Shown here: one piece after another, positions 20,527-29,067 of the stretch
Numbering within the stretch: the stretch's first letter is position 1
Layout of the letters: each line of letters begins with the position of its first letter
NCBI GenBank assembly: GCA_050175015.1
Contig: JBFXJJ010000001.1
Coordinates: 248,336 to 312,335 of the forward strand
Length of the DNA: 64,000 nt
Origin: Alphaproteobacteria bacterium
GTDB taxonomy: Bacteria; Pseudomonadota; Alphaproteobacteria; JBFXJJ01
Reading direction: 5' to 3'
Notes under the pieces: generated by a model
Told to the model about the DNA's origin: nothing
The model's input: only the letters and a program-made list of their open reading frames with translations
Database searches by the model: none
Position numbers and translations under genes: made by a program

Positions 20527-21768
20527 ATGTTTTTTTATAGAATAAAAAATTTATTATTCGTAGTTGCAATTATAGGCTTTGCGACGTTTAAAGCCGCAGC
20601 TTCAGATTTTTCTATTGCAGCTTTAGTTAATGATCAGATAATTTCTGCGCTTGATTTAGATTCAAGAATCAAAATGGTTTTTGGAACTTCCAATATCCCA
20701 TATAATCAGGAAACCATAAATCATTTTAAGCCGCAAATCTTAAACCAAATGATAGATGACCTTCTTAAAATACAAGCCGCGAAAGATCTTGGCATCAACA
20801 TCACCGATGATGATATTGAAAATGCAATTGCTACCGTCGAACGAAACAATCGTATGCCCAAAGGTCAGTTAAAGAAAATGGTTGAATCCTTTGGCATCAG
20901 TCAAGAAACATTAAGAATGCAAATGAAATCAGAAATATCTTGGCTTAAGATTGCAGGAAAGCTTTTTATGCCTAACACCAATGTCAGTGATGAAGAAGTA
21001 AAAGACTTTATTGATAAGAAAAAAGCGCATATCGGCAAGCCTGAAATGATGGTTTCTGAGATTTTTCTTCCTATAGACGATGTTGATAAAGAAGAAGAGG
21101 TTTTAACCAATGCCCGCAGAATAATAGGATATGTAGCATCTGGGGTTGATTTTGGAGCGATGGCAAAACAATTTTCTCAAAGCCCAACGGCGGGCAGTGG
21201 TGGTGATTTGGGCTGGATTTATGAAGGACAGCTCGAAAAAGAGTTAGATGAAGTGATTAATAAAATGGAACCACCAAGTATTTCTTCTCCGATTAAAACC
21301 CGCTATGGTTATTATATTCTTTTGTTAAAAGACAAAAGACTTGCTTCAATACCTGATCCTTCAAAAGCGGTCTATAATTTAAGTCAGATTTATATTCCAG
21401 ATAGTACTTTAGATGTTATTAAACAGGATATAATGCGTAAGGCAAATAATGCTGAAAATTGTTCTGCTTTTAATGAAGTTGCTAAAAATTTTGGAACTCT
21501 TGGCTCAGGGCCTTTAGGTATGATTCCTTTGGCTAATATGCCTCCTGAAATTTTAAAAGCTACCAAAGATTTACCAGAGAATAAGGCTGGCGGCCTTACT
21601 CCCGTTAAAGATGGCAATTTAATTTTTATGGTTTGTTCAAAGACTATTCCTGGAGGACTTCCTGACGAAAAAACCGTTAGAAATCAGTTGGAACTTGAAA
21701 AAATCGATAAAATGGCACGTAGAAAACTCAGAGAACTCAGACGTTTAGCTATTATTGAAATTAGGTAA
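20527..21768 (+). CDS. surA: SurA-like periplasmic chaperone/PPIase
   Basis: Signal peptide from ATG 20527, AALVNDQIIS, parvulin FGAMAKQFS..GGDLGW; lies between lptD and rsmA. Confidence 0.88.
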   Translation: MFFYRIKNLLFVVAIIGFATFKAAASDFSIAALVNDQIISALDLDSRIKMVFGTSNIPYNQETINHFKPQILNQMIDDLLKIQAAKDLGINITDDDIENAIATVERNNRMPKGQLKKMVESFGISQETLRMQMKSEISWLKIAGKLFMPNTNVSDEEVKDFIDKKKAHIGKPEMMVSEIFLPIDDVDKEEEVLTNARRIIGYVASGVDFGAMAKQFSQSPTAGSGGDLGWIYEGQLEKELDEVINKMEPPSISSPIKTRYGYYILLLKDKRLASIPDPSKAVYNLSQIYIPDSTLDVIKQDIMRKANNAENCSAFNEVAKNFGTLGSGPLGMIPLANMPPEILKATKDLPENKAGGLTPVKDGNLIFMVCSKTIPGGLPDEKTVRNQLELEKIDKMARRKLRELRRLAIIEIR

Positions 21769-21771
21769 CAG

Positions 21772-22620
21772 ATGATTTTTGAAGAAATCACCAACATTCC
21801 ATCTGTTAGCGATATCTGTAAAAAGTATGAACTTTTTGCGAAGAAGTCATTAGGTCAAAATTTTTTATTTGATATGAACATTACGAGGCGGATAGTACGC
21901 CTAGCATATGAAAACGGTAAAATTGATTTTGAGAAAGATACCATTTTTGAAATCGGCTGCGGTCCAGGTGGTCTTACTAGAGCCATTTTAGAAGCTGGAG
22001 CCAAAAAGCTGATTATCATCGAACAAGATGAACGTTTTGTTGAAATTATAAGTGATACCTTAAAAGACTTTAAAGATAGATTTGAAGTTATCAGTGGTGA
22101 TGCACTAAAAACGGATATTAGCTTATTAGGCACGTCTCCACGTCATATCATTGCTAATCTTCCATATAATATTTCGACGGCTCTGCTTATCAAATGGCTG
22201 GAGAATATAACAAGTTTTAGCAGTATGACTTTGATGTATCAGAAAGAAGTTGGCGATCGAATATGTGCCAGCGTTGATGAAAATGCTTATGGCAGATTGG
22301 CGGTTATGGCTAATTGGTTGTGCAATACTAAGGTCTTGTTTGATATTAATCCAAGGGCTTTTACGCCGCCGCCAAAGGTTACATCTAGTGTTGTTTTCTT
22401 AAAACCAAAAGCTGATGCTTTTCAAGTATCATTTAAAGCAATGGAAAAGGTTGTTGCCGCAGCGTTTAATCAAAGAAGAAAAATGCTTCGCTCGAGTTTA
22501 AAAACTCTGGGGCAAACAGAGGAACTATTAGCCCAAGCCGCAATTGACGGCACCAAACGTGCAGAACAACTAGATATTTCAGATTTTTGCAGGCTGGCTA
22601 AGGTTTTTGAAAATAAGTAA
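21772..22620 (+). CDS. rsmA: 16S rRNA dimethyladenosine transferase
   Basis: KSLGQNFL, EIGCGPGGLT, ANLPYNI, FNQRRKMLR. Confidence 0.97.
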   Translation: MIFEEITNIPSVSDICKKYELFAKKSLGQNFLFDMNITRRIVRLAYENGKIDFEKDTIFEIGCGPGGLTRAILEAGAKKLIIIEQDERFVEIISDTLKDFKDRFEVISGDALKTDISLLGTSPRHIIANLPYNISTALLIKWLENITSFSSMTLMYQKEVGDRICASVDENAYGRLAVMANWLCNTKVLFDINPRAFTPPPKVTSSVVFLKPKADAFQVSFKAMEKVVAAAFNQRRKMLRSSLKTLGQTEELLAQAAIDGTKRAEQLDISDFCRLAKVFENK

Positions 22621-22646
22621 AACCGTTATTTAGATAAAATTTTTTA

Positions 22647-22670
22647 CTTTTGCTTTTATCAAAAGCAAAG
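22647..22670. terminator. Hairpin between convergent rsmA and radical SAM gene
   Basis: TTTGCTTTT-ATC-AAAAGCAAA. Confidence 0.5.
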
Positions 22671-22732
22671 CCGTACGACAGATATTTACCGTCAGGAAAA
22701 AATAAAAGCAGCAACAAAAAATATTGATGTTA

Positions 22733-24181
22733 TCAACTTAAAAATAGAGCCGTTTTTTTATTAACGTTATCTTTCTTTTTAATTAAATCGATTAATTCTT
22801 GATAACGATTTTTTATCAATGTTATCTGTGTTTTTGTGAAAGGTTTTTTTCGTTTAAACTTAACACCGTGAAATCCGTGAGAGCCAGAAGTTAAGTAATT
22901 TTTATCTATTATTATATCAAACTTATCAGGATTATTAAAAACATCACAGCCGTATGTTAAATCAAAATACTGAACATTAAGGCAGTCAATATAACTTTCG
23001 AGCTGCTCAATTTTTTGTGCTGTATCCATTATTTCTTCAAATGAAGCGTTAGGAAAATCTGCAATAATATTTGATGAGATAATGATATTATAAAAAGCTG
23101 CGGCTTTTAAATTCTGTTTAATGGTTTCATAGTCAGCTTTTTTGTTCATCAGTTTTAAAACACGGTTATTTAAACTTTCAGTTCCAAAATTTATTTCATA
23201 AACCCCAGCTTTGGATAAGGTTTGAAAAAAATGATTATCAAGATTTTTATCGTGAAGCATATATCCGGAGGTTTTTAATTTATAATTTTCGCTTATAGCC
23301 AGATTGCAAAGTTTTAGGTACCAATTAGGAGGGATAGCATCAGATATTAATATGAAACCGCTGGGATTTATATTTTCATTATGACTTTTTATTTCAGCAA
23401 AGACATCTTCAGGTTTTCTAAGCAGAATATTTTGAGAAAGCCGCTTATAATCACAAAAACTGCATTTGCCCCAGTGGCAGCCATTTCCTATAAGAATAGG
23501 AATAAAACGAGGTTCAAAATAATCTTTAATATCACTGAAATCGGTAGTTTCAAGACTGTTAAAGGCGTCTTTTGTTAAAGGTTTAGCTTTTATAATTTCG
23601 ATGTTTGGGGCATCATTTTTGATATGTTCTAAAAGATAAGGCAGGGTTTCTTCACCGTTGCCGCACATAATAGAGTCAAATATCTGGCTTTTACGCAGCA
23701 TTTCAATTTGAAGAGGGGTTAAAAGTGTTATTTGACTGCCGCCTATAATAAGCTTTATCTCAGGGTGCAGGTGTCTAATAATCCTTGCCATTTCTATTGC
23801 TCGTGGCAGTTGATGGGCAAAAGCTACAGAAAAGCCTATAACGTCATATCGAAAGGCATTAATAAAATTAAGGCTTGATAGATATAGGTTATAAGCTAAA
23901 TCATCTAAAGTATAATCTTTAAGGCATTCCTTTAGGTTTTTGAAAAGCGGAAAAACTTCAGAAAAATCATATTTTTTTTGATTATCTGATTTATGATTTA
24001 ATAGTTTTTCAGTCGTAATGAATGCCAAGTTTAAATCAACGGCTGCGGCATCAAATCCTTGTTTTTGCAAAATACTTTTAAGGTAATTAATCCCAAGAGG
24101 AGGAGTTGTTTGAAAACAAATATTATCGGAATAAGGCGGAAATATTAATAATATTGAAGGCTTTGAAGTTTGGGACATCAT
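22733..24181 (-). CDS. B12-binding-domain radical SAM protein
   Basis: PPLGINYL, IIGGSQ, GNGE cobalamin-binding region; GCHWGKCSFC Fe-S motif; GTES...LMNK. Confidence 0.88.
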   Translation of the reverse strand: MMSQTSKPSILLIFPPYSDNICFQTTPPLGINYLKSILQKQGFDAAAVDLNLAFITTEKLLNHKSDNQKKYDFSEVFPLFKNLKECLKDYTLDDLAYNLYLSSLNFINAFRYDVIGFSVAFAHQLPRAIEMARIIRHLHPEIKLIIGGSQITLLTPLQIEMLRKSQIFDSIMCGNGEETLPYLLEHIKNDAPNIEIIKAKPLTKDAFNSLETTDFSDIKDYFEPRFIPILIGNGCHWGKCSFCDYKRLSQNILLRKPEDVFAEIKSHNENINPSGFILISDAIPPNWYLKLCNLAISENYKLKTSGYMLHDKNLDNHFFQTLSKAGVYEINFGTESLNNRVLKLMNKKADYETIKQNLKAAAFYNIIISSNIIADFPNASFEEIMDTAQKIEQLESYIDCLNVQYFDLTYGCDVFNNPDKFDIIIDKNYLTSGSHGFHGVKFKRKKPFTKTQITLIKNRYQELIDLIKKKDNVNKKTALFLS

Positions 24182-24218
24182 TATTCCGCCATTGCAATGG
24201 TTGTTAAGAAAAAATTAA

Positions 24219-24770
24219 CTATAAAGATATGGTGATTAAACCTAGCTTTAAGATGCAAAGAGCTAGAATACCATAAAGCAGAACGCCCAGAGGATACTTA
24301 AATGCTATCCTAAAATCTGTGCGTGATGGGATTGCATTTTCAATGATAATCGTCTGCATTAAGACGTATAATATATAGTTTTTAAAATTAGGTTCCATCA
24401 AAAGATTGAGGTTTTGATTAAGCCAGAAACCGAATGGAAGCAATAATAAAGGAGCCATAGCAGAAGGGACAGCATTGTAATATTTTATGTTTTCAAAGCT
24501 CACGCTTCCCATTGTATAAAATCCAGGTCCAGCTTTTTTAGGAAGAATTTCAAAATCAATCGGTCTGGCATTGGTGATCGTTCCAATTACAAAGTGGCAT
24601 AGCTCGTGCAAGAAGGTTCCAAAAATATTCACCAAAGCTAAAAGCCACATATTTTTATAAGTTGCATATTTTATTCTGATTAAAAAAATGACAAGAGCGA
24701 TTAGAATGAAGCGATCATTAAAAAGAAACTCTAAAAAATCGGGATTGTTAACAATACGGTTAATATTCAT
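24219..24770 (-). CDS. Membrane protein with HExxH motif (M50/site-2 protease-like)
   Basis: GTFLHELCH inside a hydrophobic segment, SAMAPL, PSRTD. Confidence 0.7.
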   Translation of the reverse strand: MNINRIVNNPDFLEFLFNDRFILIALVIFLIRIKYATYKNMWLLALVNIFGTFLHELCHFVIGTITNARPIDFEILPKKAGPGFYTMGSVSFENIKYYNAVPSAMAPLLLLPFGFWLNQNLNLLMEPNFKNYILYVLMQTIIIENAIPSRTDFRIAFKYPLGVLLYGILALCILKLGLITISL

Positions 24771-24772
24771 TT

Positions 24773-25390
24773 TTATTCACTCTTAGAATTTAATTTTTTC
24801 ATACCAGCGGCATACATTGTAAAAAGCAGTTCAGATATAATTGCGGGATTATCTTTGCATACCGTATTAAGAAGGTTTTTAGAGGCAAGAGCTATAATAC
24901 CCATCAGAGAAGAAGCATAAACCTCAGAAAGTTTAGTTCTTGCATTGTCATCTATTGCAGGAAAAACATCTGCAAAAATATCAGAAACAGGGGCAAATAA
25001 CATATTGATTTGAGCAGAATAATCTTCGGGAAGTTCAAGGCAATAGTTTGTAATATCAACAAAGACTAGGCTGGCAAGGTTAGGGTTTGTTTGAATAAAC
25101 CTAAGTAGTTCTTGGGAAAAGGTGCGAAGTTTCAATTCTGGTTCGTCAATTTCCATTAAGCTGTTAGTGACGTTGGAAATAAGGTCTGATAAAGCCCCGA
25201 TAGCAATGTTCATAACAATATCGTCAAGAGAGTTAAAAAGGTTATAGAGTGTACCAACAGAATAACCATTTTCCTGAGCAAGTTTTCTAGCCGTTAAAGC
25301 TTTAGCTCCATTATTAATAATAAATTCTCTAGCGCAACAAAGTGTTTTGTCTTTTATTTCAAAACGCTCTAAATCACTTTTAACGGGCAT
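24773..25390 (-). CDS. TetR/AcrR family regulator
   Basis: ALTARKLAQENGYSVGTLYNLF helix-turn-helix. Confidence 0.92.
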   Translation of the reverse strand: MPVKSDLERFEIKDKTLCCAREFIINNGAKALTARKLAQENGYSVGTLYNLFNSLDDIVMNIAIGALSDLISNVTNSLMEIDEPELKLRTFSQELLRFIQTNPNLASLVFVDITNYCLELPEDYSAQINMLFAPVSDIFADVFPAIDDNARTKLSEVYASSLMGIIALASKNLLNTVCKDNPAIISELLFTMYAAGMKKLNSKSE

Positions 25391-25405
25391 AATAAAACCT
25401 TAAGA

Positions 25406-25485
25406 AGAACATTGTTCAAAGTTGTATAGTATATTGTTATAAAATAATTTTTTAATATACAAGATAAAACTTTAAACAATGTTCA
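25406..25485. promoter_or_regulatory. Two palindromic operators upstream of the TetR gene
   Basis: AGAACATTGTTCA (25406-25418) and TAAACAATGTTCA (25473-25485); consensus TGAACAnTGTTCA. Confidence 0.6.
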
Positions 25486-25490
25486 TTTTT

Positions 25491-27060
25491 TTAAGAGTTT
25501 CTAATTTTATTGATAAAATCGGCTACTTGATTTTTTAACATTACTGATTTTTGAGCAAGTTCTTTAGAGGCAGCTAGAACTTGGTTAGCTGCGGAGCCTG
25601 CTTCACCTGCAGCCTGAGTTACACCAGAAATGTTGTTGGAGACGTTTTTTATACCTTCTGAAGCTTGGGCGGCATTTCTAGATATTTCGCCTGTTGCAGC
25701 TCCTTGTTCTTCGACTGCAGATGCTATAGTAGCGGAAATTTCATCAATCTTAGAAATGACTTCTCCAATTCTAGCAATAGCAGTTACGGCTTGATTAGTT
25801 TTGCCTTGAACATCTGATATTTGTTCAGCAATATCCTCTGTAGCCTTAGCTGTTTGGTTAGCAAGATTTTTAACTTCGCTTGCAACTACAGCAAAACCTT
25901 TGCCGGCATCGCCAGCTCTTGCAGCTTCGATTGTAGCATTAAGAGCAAGCAAGTTAGTTTGGTTGGCAATATCTGTGATAAGAGAAATAATCTCGCTAAT
26001 TTGCTGTGCAGATTCTGATAAACTGCCGATAACGTCATTAGTAATATTTACTTCGTTCACAGCTTGACGGGCAATATCTGATTCTGCAGAAACCTGTCTT
26101 GCAATTTCATTAATGGAGGCCGTTAATTCTTCAGCCGCCGCTGCCACAGTTTGAACATTGGTTGATGCTTCCTCTGATGCTTCGGCAACGTTTGCAGCTT
26201 GTTGAGCGGTTTCATCTGAAATTGCAGACATACTTTCTGCCGTCGCGTTAAGCTCGGTTGAGGCTGCCGATACAGCGTCTACGACGTTCATAATAGAAGC
26301 TTCAAAATCTTTAATAATTACTTCCAATTGTTTTAGTTTGGCGACTTGTTTTTCTTGTTCTTTACGTTGTTCTTGTTCTAAAACTTGGGTTTTAAGAGCG
26401 TTATCTTTAAAAACCTGCATAGCTTCTGCCATGTCGCCGATTTCATCGGTGCGCTTTTTTTCAGGAATTGCAACATCTAAGTCACCATTGGAAAGGATAT
26501 TCATCGCCTTAGTCATATTTTTTATGGGTAAAGAAATCCCTGATGCCATTAGATATCCAACAAAAGCAACAATTACAGCAAAAACAAAAGCGATAATAAA
26601 AATAACTTGGCTCATTTGGGAGACATCGGCTAAAGCTTCGTCTCTATCAATTGTAGACACCGTAATCCAATTAACATCTAAAAACTTGACCTTTTCTGCT
26701 TCAAAGAGAACTTTGTGTCCATAAAAATCTGGACAGTATCCCAATTCAGTGCCGCTTTCAAAGGCCTTGTTCATACAAGGGTAGGAAAAGTCTAGTCCTA
26801 TCTTAATATCAGGTTTTCCAGAGGTTATAGTTTCAATGCCGGTACGGAGCGAGGTAATATCTTTATTACGCCCGACAACAAAAGAATTACCAGTTTTTCC
26901 CATGCCGTCCCTTGGAATTACAATACTTTCGATTGCTTCTTGAGGAATTTTAAAAGCTACAAGGCCGATAGTTTGCAATATAGCCTACCAGAATCAAGGG
27001 CAGTAAACCAATAGCTAAAAAAGCTATAATTAATTTGGATTTTATCTTTAATTTAGACAT
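25491..27060 (-). pseudogene. Methyl-accepting chemotaxis protein, frameshifted and internally deleted
   Basis: AGGAGG plus ATG 27060 encodes TM1 ([31 protein letters not shown]) then stops at 26950; the remainder (end of Cache domain, TM2, [24 protein letters not shown]) is in another frame, 26978-25491. Confidence 0.8.
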
Positions 27061-27183
27061 TATTCCTCCTATTTTATGTACACAATGTTACAAATGTAAC
27101 TATATTGTAACTCCGCTTTTAAGGCAACTTAAAACAGAAAATGTAACATAACCGTAATGTTATTGTCTTAAAAAAGGGGAGGC

Positions 27184-28944
27184 TTAATTTTGTTCTAAAT
27201 TAAAATAGCCAGCATCAAAACTTGTAGAACCGTCTTTTTTTATTAGATTTATTTCTGCATGCCATATTTTTCCAGGCTGTTCTTTATAATAGCTGATAGT
27301 TTTATCTTTAATAACAAAGCTAACCTCAAAAAGATTATCAACAATATTTTTTATACTGATTATTGTAGTTTCATAATCTTTAAAGTCATGTTGCAAAAGA
27401 AGCATTTCTTTATATAAAGGCTGCTGCAACTGCTGAAAAAGATATTTTGCGATAAAAAGCTGTTCTAGGCTTTGTTCAGGATTGGGATAGAGCTGTTCTG
27501 ACGAGCTTTTATAATCGTGAACCAAAAATCTATGGGGCATTATTTGAGCAAATTTATCGTTAGCTGAATTAGGGACAATAACAGTTCTAAAACTTGCTTG
27601 CCATACCCGTTCCTCTGTAAGATTGTTGTTATCAAAATCTCTTGTGAGAAAAGTTGCACGCCATTCTTTACCGCCAACGGTATCGATTTTATTTCCTAGA
27701 TCTTCAACTGCGAGAATTTCAAAGTCTCTTGTCATTTTGCTTTTGGAGAAAACGTCAAATAAGAAAACAGCTTTAACATAAAAATCAATAAAGGTTTTTT
27801 CTGAGCTTAGTTCTTTGATTTTTCCATTTAATCCCCAATCATTACGCATCTGTTCTGCATTATCGGTGATGCTGTGACGCATTTTAAGATAATCAATAAT
27901 CATTTGCGGAGTGTCTTCCATAACACCTTTGCTTGGCGCATCTATATAGAGGATTTCATTATCAGAATTTTGAGCATAGAGCTCTTGTTTGGTTACCATA
28001 AACCCTGATGGATTATTGAAACCTTCAAAAAAATAAGAAACGCCAGAAAGTGGTTCGTTTACGCCATCAAACAAAGCATCACTTTTCCTAAAATCTATAG
28101 TTAAAACAGCTTGCCAATTTCTAATCAAAGGTTCTTCTTTATCTGGGAAATAATCGAAACTTTTAAAGTATACCCGCCACTTATCAGAAGAAATTTTTTC
28201 GGCGTCATCTATTAAAATGCTGCGTTCTAAGTTTTGAATATTAAATCGTGCTAAATCTTGCGCCAGCCCTTCAGAGATGTTCTGGTAATTTTCTAAAGAA
28301 GATATCTGGCGTAAAGGCCCTCGTTCTCCCCAGTAAATTGCAGTGTCTTCAATAGAGCCAAAGGTGCTGAATCTTAAACTGATATATCTTGAAACAAGTT
28401 CTTTGATATTAGCCATTTTAGAAGGCAGTTTTCGCAAAGGTTTCTCTTCTTGCGCATAGTAATTGACAATAAAACTGGCTTTTTGAGATAAATTTTTCAG
28501 GGTTTTAATATCATCTGATATAGAAGAGGCGTAAATAACAGCTTTCCATTTACGAGAAATAATTTCTTCGTAATTTTCGGCGACATCTTTAGTAATGAAT
28601 TCCGTTTCCCAAACGCCTGGTTGTTTTTTATCAAAGGTTATAAATTCAACATCTCGTTCGATTCTTTTATTCATAACAATATCTTGTTCTTTAAGAGCAT
28701 TATCGGCAAATTCGGCACATACCGAATCGGAAGAGTAGTAACATACCCCGTGTTTTCCTCCCCATCTAGCCGCCATTTTGTCAGGGTCTTTAACTATAGT
28801 GTTTCGTAAGGTAACGTATTCTTTAATTAAAAGGTCATCTTTATCTAGGGCTTTGCTAGAGCTCATAAAAGAAGGTCTAATTACGGCAAATAAGGCCGCG
28901 AGCATAAGAAAGATTGCAGTCAAAACGTGAGATAACTTGTTCAT
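27184..28944 (-). CDS. Membrane-anchored protein with 3 full and 1 partial tandem VirB8-like domains
   Basis: Three repeats Y-x-x-[LM]-R...WG..G.....SS...R...W...F...D...W.A; NNPSGFMV (VirB8 NPxGF) in repeat 2; N-terminal TM. Confidence 0.7.
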   Translation of the reverse strand: MNKLSHVLTAIFLMLAALFAVIRPSFMSSSKALDKDDLLIKEYVTLRNTIVKDPDKMAARWGGKHGVCYYSSDSVCAEFADNALKEQDIVMNKRIERDVEFITFDKKQPGVWETEFITKDVAENYEEIISRKWKAVIYASSISDDIKTLKNLSQKASFIVNYYAQEEKPLRKLPSKMANIKELVSRYISLRFSTFGSIEDTAIYWGERGPLRQISSLENYQNISEGLAQDLARFNIQNLERSILIDDAEKISSDKWRVYFKSFDYFPDKEEPLIRNWQAVLTIDFRKSDALFDGVNEPLSGVSYFFEGFNNPSGFMVTKQELYAQNSDNEILYIDAPSKGVMEDTPQMIIDYLKMRHSITDNAEQMRNDWGLNGKIKELSSEKTFIDFYVKAVFLFDVFSKSKMTRDFEILAVEDLGNKIDTVGGKEWRATFLTRDFDNNNLTEERVWQASFRTVIVPNSANDKFAQIMPHRFLVHDYKSSSEQLYPNPEQSLEQLFIAKYLFQQLQQPLYKEMLLLQHDFKDYETTIISIKNIVDNLFEVSFVIKDKTISYYKEQPGKIWHAEINLIKKDGSTSFDAGYFNLEQN

Positions 28945-29067
28945 CTAAAAAAACCCTTAAAATTTTATATAATTTTTATCAACTCTTCTTGATATTTATT
29001 TTTAAAGTATTAGGCTTTATCTTTTAATATAAATCTAACCTTAACTGTTTTTTTTAGGAAATAAAAT

